Positions 17,290 through 18,614 of a stretch of DNA of 18,614 nt are shown piece after piece. Location: positions 1 to 18,614 of the forward strand of contig CAZWEM010000064.1 in the NCBI GenBank assembly GCA_964632315.1, read 5' to 3'. The first letter of the stretch is position 1; each line of letters begins with the position of its first letter. The translations under genes were made by a program, and so were the position numbers. The notes under the pieces were generated by a model. The model was not told where the DNA came from, did no database searches, and saw only the letters and a list, made by a program, of their open reading frames with translations. The stretch comes from an uncultured archaeon (GTDB lineage Archaea > Asgardarchaeota > Lokiarchaeia > Sigyniarchaeales > SOKP01).

Positions 17290-17595
17290 TTATTGGAGCT
17301 CTATTTCGACCAATACCGTTTCGGGTATTTGTATTTTCATAATTAAATGCATGCTCCGCTCATTGGCGACTATATCAATTAATCTTTTATGAATGCGCAT
17401 TTCAAATTTAGCCCATTGATTAGTTCCTTGACCGCTTACATTTTTCATTACAGGGACTTTTAAATGCTTACTTGGGAGGGGAATTGGGCCATATTTCTTT
17501 ATTCCCTGGTTTTGACAAACGCTTTCTATTTGGTCGCAAACAGAACTCAGCGCCTCTAAGTTGGTCGAACTTAGTCTGATTCTCGCTTTTTGTAT
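17290..17595 (-). CDS. rpsJ: Ribosomal protein uS10 (S10p) homologue, divergent, apparent ATA start; not in the ORF track
   Basis: Manual translation: (M)QKARIRLSSTNLEALSSVCDQIESVCQNQGIKKYGPIPLPSKHLKVPVMKNVSGQGTNQWAKFEMRIHKRLIDIVANERSMHLIMKIQIPETVLVEIELQ*, 101 aa. KARIRL, GPIPLP, EMRIHKRLIDI and P..V.VEI are uS10 hallmarks. SD GGTGA at 17603-17607 lies 7 nt before the ATA. Confidence 0.93.
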   Translation of the reverse strand: MQKARIRLSSTNLEALSSVCDQIESVCQNQGIKKYGPIPLPSKHLKVPVMKNVSGQGTNQWAKFEMRIHKRLIDIVANERSMHLIMKIQIPETVLVEIELQ

Positions 17596-18061
17596 TTTTA
17601 GTTCACCATAAAATTCTACATTTTCTGTGTATTCTATTAAATACGGTATGAACGATAATAATTTGTAAAATAAATATTTTATCAGTCTATTGGTTTCACA
17701 TTGTAAAACATTTATTTCTATTATTTTCGATTTAAATCGTTAAGTTCTACATTATTTAATAAAATTGCTTTAAAACGCATATATTATCAAGATTTCATTA
17801 AGGTGTGCAAAAAACATAATAGAGTAACAAAACAACCGATTGACGATTTGATTATCCTTTAGCACCAATCGATATAAGCTAAAAAACGATTCTAATCATA
17901 CTCAAAGAATTGAATCATAAAATACTAAAATCTCAATAAGAATTATATCTAACTTTATAATAAAAATAAGAAAGTAATTTTAAATAAGAGGTAAATCATA
18001 CACTAATAACACTTTTAAAGTGTCATTTAAAAATTATAAAATATAAAAGAAGGTATAAATT

Positions 18062-18295
18062 ATGTCAAGATCAGCTGGAATCTTTGCTCTACTAATGGGA
18101 ATAATAGCTTTAATATTGGAACTAGTAATTAAGTTTGCATTCTCCTTTATTTATGCAGACATCGTCTTTTACATAATAGTCGCCCTTGCTATAATTGCCG
18201 GTATAGTTGGAATCGCACGTGATAGTTCAAAAAGCTATGCCTTGGGTGGTTTGATTCTGGGAATTATTGCATTAGTTTTATGGTTCGTGATATAA
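18062..18295 (+). CDS. Small membrane protein with three transmembrane segments (hypothetical)
   Basis: 77 aa with three hydrophobic helices; SD-like GAAGGT upstream; T-rich tract downstream. Confidence 0.8.
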   Translation: MSRSAGIFALLMGIIALILELVIKFAFSFIYADIVFYIIVALAIIAGIVGIARDSSKSYALGGLILGIIALVLWFVI

Positions 18296-18491
18296 TAATC
18301 ACAACATAAAAATTTAATTCATTTTTTTTCTAATTTTGCTTGATTTGATGAAGAACCAAAAAGTATCATCAATATTAATTTCCAAAACCTTTTGTATAAG
18401 TTCAATTTGTTCGCTTTTAAGCATTAATTGAAATTATCTTATTTTATTTCACTCCCAAAAATATAAAACTAATTAATTATAAGTCGTTCGT

Positions 18492-18614
18492 TTAAATAAT
18501 ATCTTTCTTTTTAGATTCTAATCTCTCTAACCTCTGTTCATAAACTTTCTCGAGTTTTAGCTTTCTGTTTAAAAATTTATTTGTTTCATTATCAATTAAT
18601 TCATTCAATTTTTT
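18492..18614 (-). CDS. C-terminal end of a gene entering from beyond the window (charged, coiled-coil-like)
   Basis: Open from the window edge: KKLNELIDNETNKFLNRKLKLEKVYEQRLERLESKKKDII*, with TAA at 18492-18494. Confidence 0.55.
   Translation of the reverse strand, partial: KKLNELIDNETNKFLNRKLKLEKVYEQRLERLESKKKDII

Noticed and set aside
17290-17600. Slightly GC-richer 'intergenic' stretch as a structured ncRNA
   Set aside because: It translates cleanly to uS10 on the minus strand.
18314-18424. 36-aa minus-strand ORF MLKSEQIELIQKVLEINIDDTFWFFIKSSKIRKKMN
   Set aside because: Too short, no motif, and the SD-like GGGAGTG is too far upstream. It cannot be supported without homology data.
1-18614. 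Selenocysteine or pyrrolysine read-through, CRISPR arrays, IS elements, tRNA/rRNA
   Set aside because: Recognisable TGA- or TAG-ending genes are already full length for their families. I saw no repeat-spacer arrays, transposase motifs, cloverleafs or rRNA signatures.

Overview
AT-rich archaeal window. It carries an archaeal-type SRP RNA, an archaeal-type uS10, GGTGA Shine-Dalgarno motifs and an aldehyde:ferredoxin oxidoreductase (AOR); gene content suggests an Asgard/Lokiarchaeia-like anaerobe (inference). The first 7.2 kb is the most interesting part. A glycyl radical enzyme (GRE; GCVE and RVSGY motifs) carries an unusual N-terminal SCP2-like lipid-binding domain and is followed by its radical-SAM activase. 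It is transcribed divergently from a CrtI/retinol-saturase-like flavoprotein that is translationally coupled to an FAD/NAD/[2Fe-2S] reductase. A perfect 10-7-10 inverted repeat lies between the two units, and an AOR gene converges on the activase. Together these suggest an undescribed anaerobic radical system acting on lipids or isoprenoids. The rest encodes a CDF transporter with three cytosolic domains, an Ldh_2-family dehydrogenase, a DUF998-like protein, Hsp20 (probable ACG start), SRP RNA, a 3-methyladenine glycosylase, a UroD/MtaA-family protein, a CPBP protease, an IMPase/FBPase and a possible PC4/Whirly-like protein. A divergent stand-alone uS10 with an apparent ATA start was missed by the ORF track. 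All assignments come from motif recognition by eye; no searches were run.
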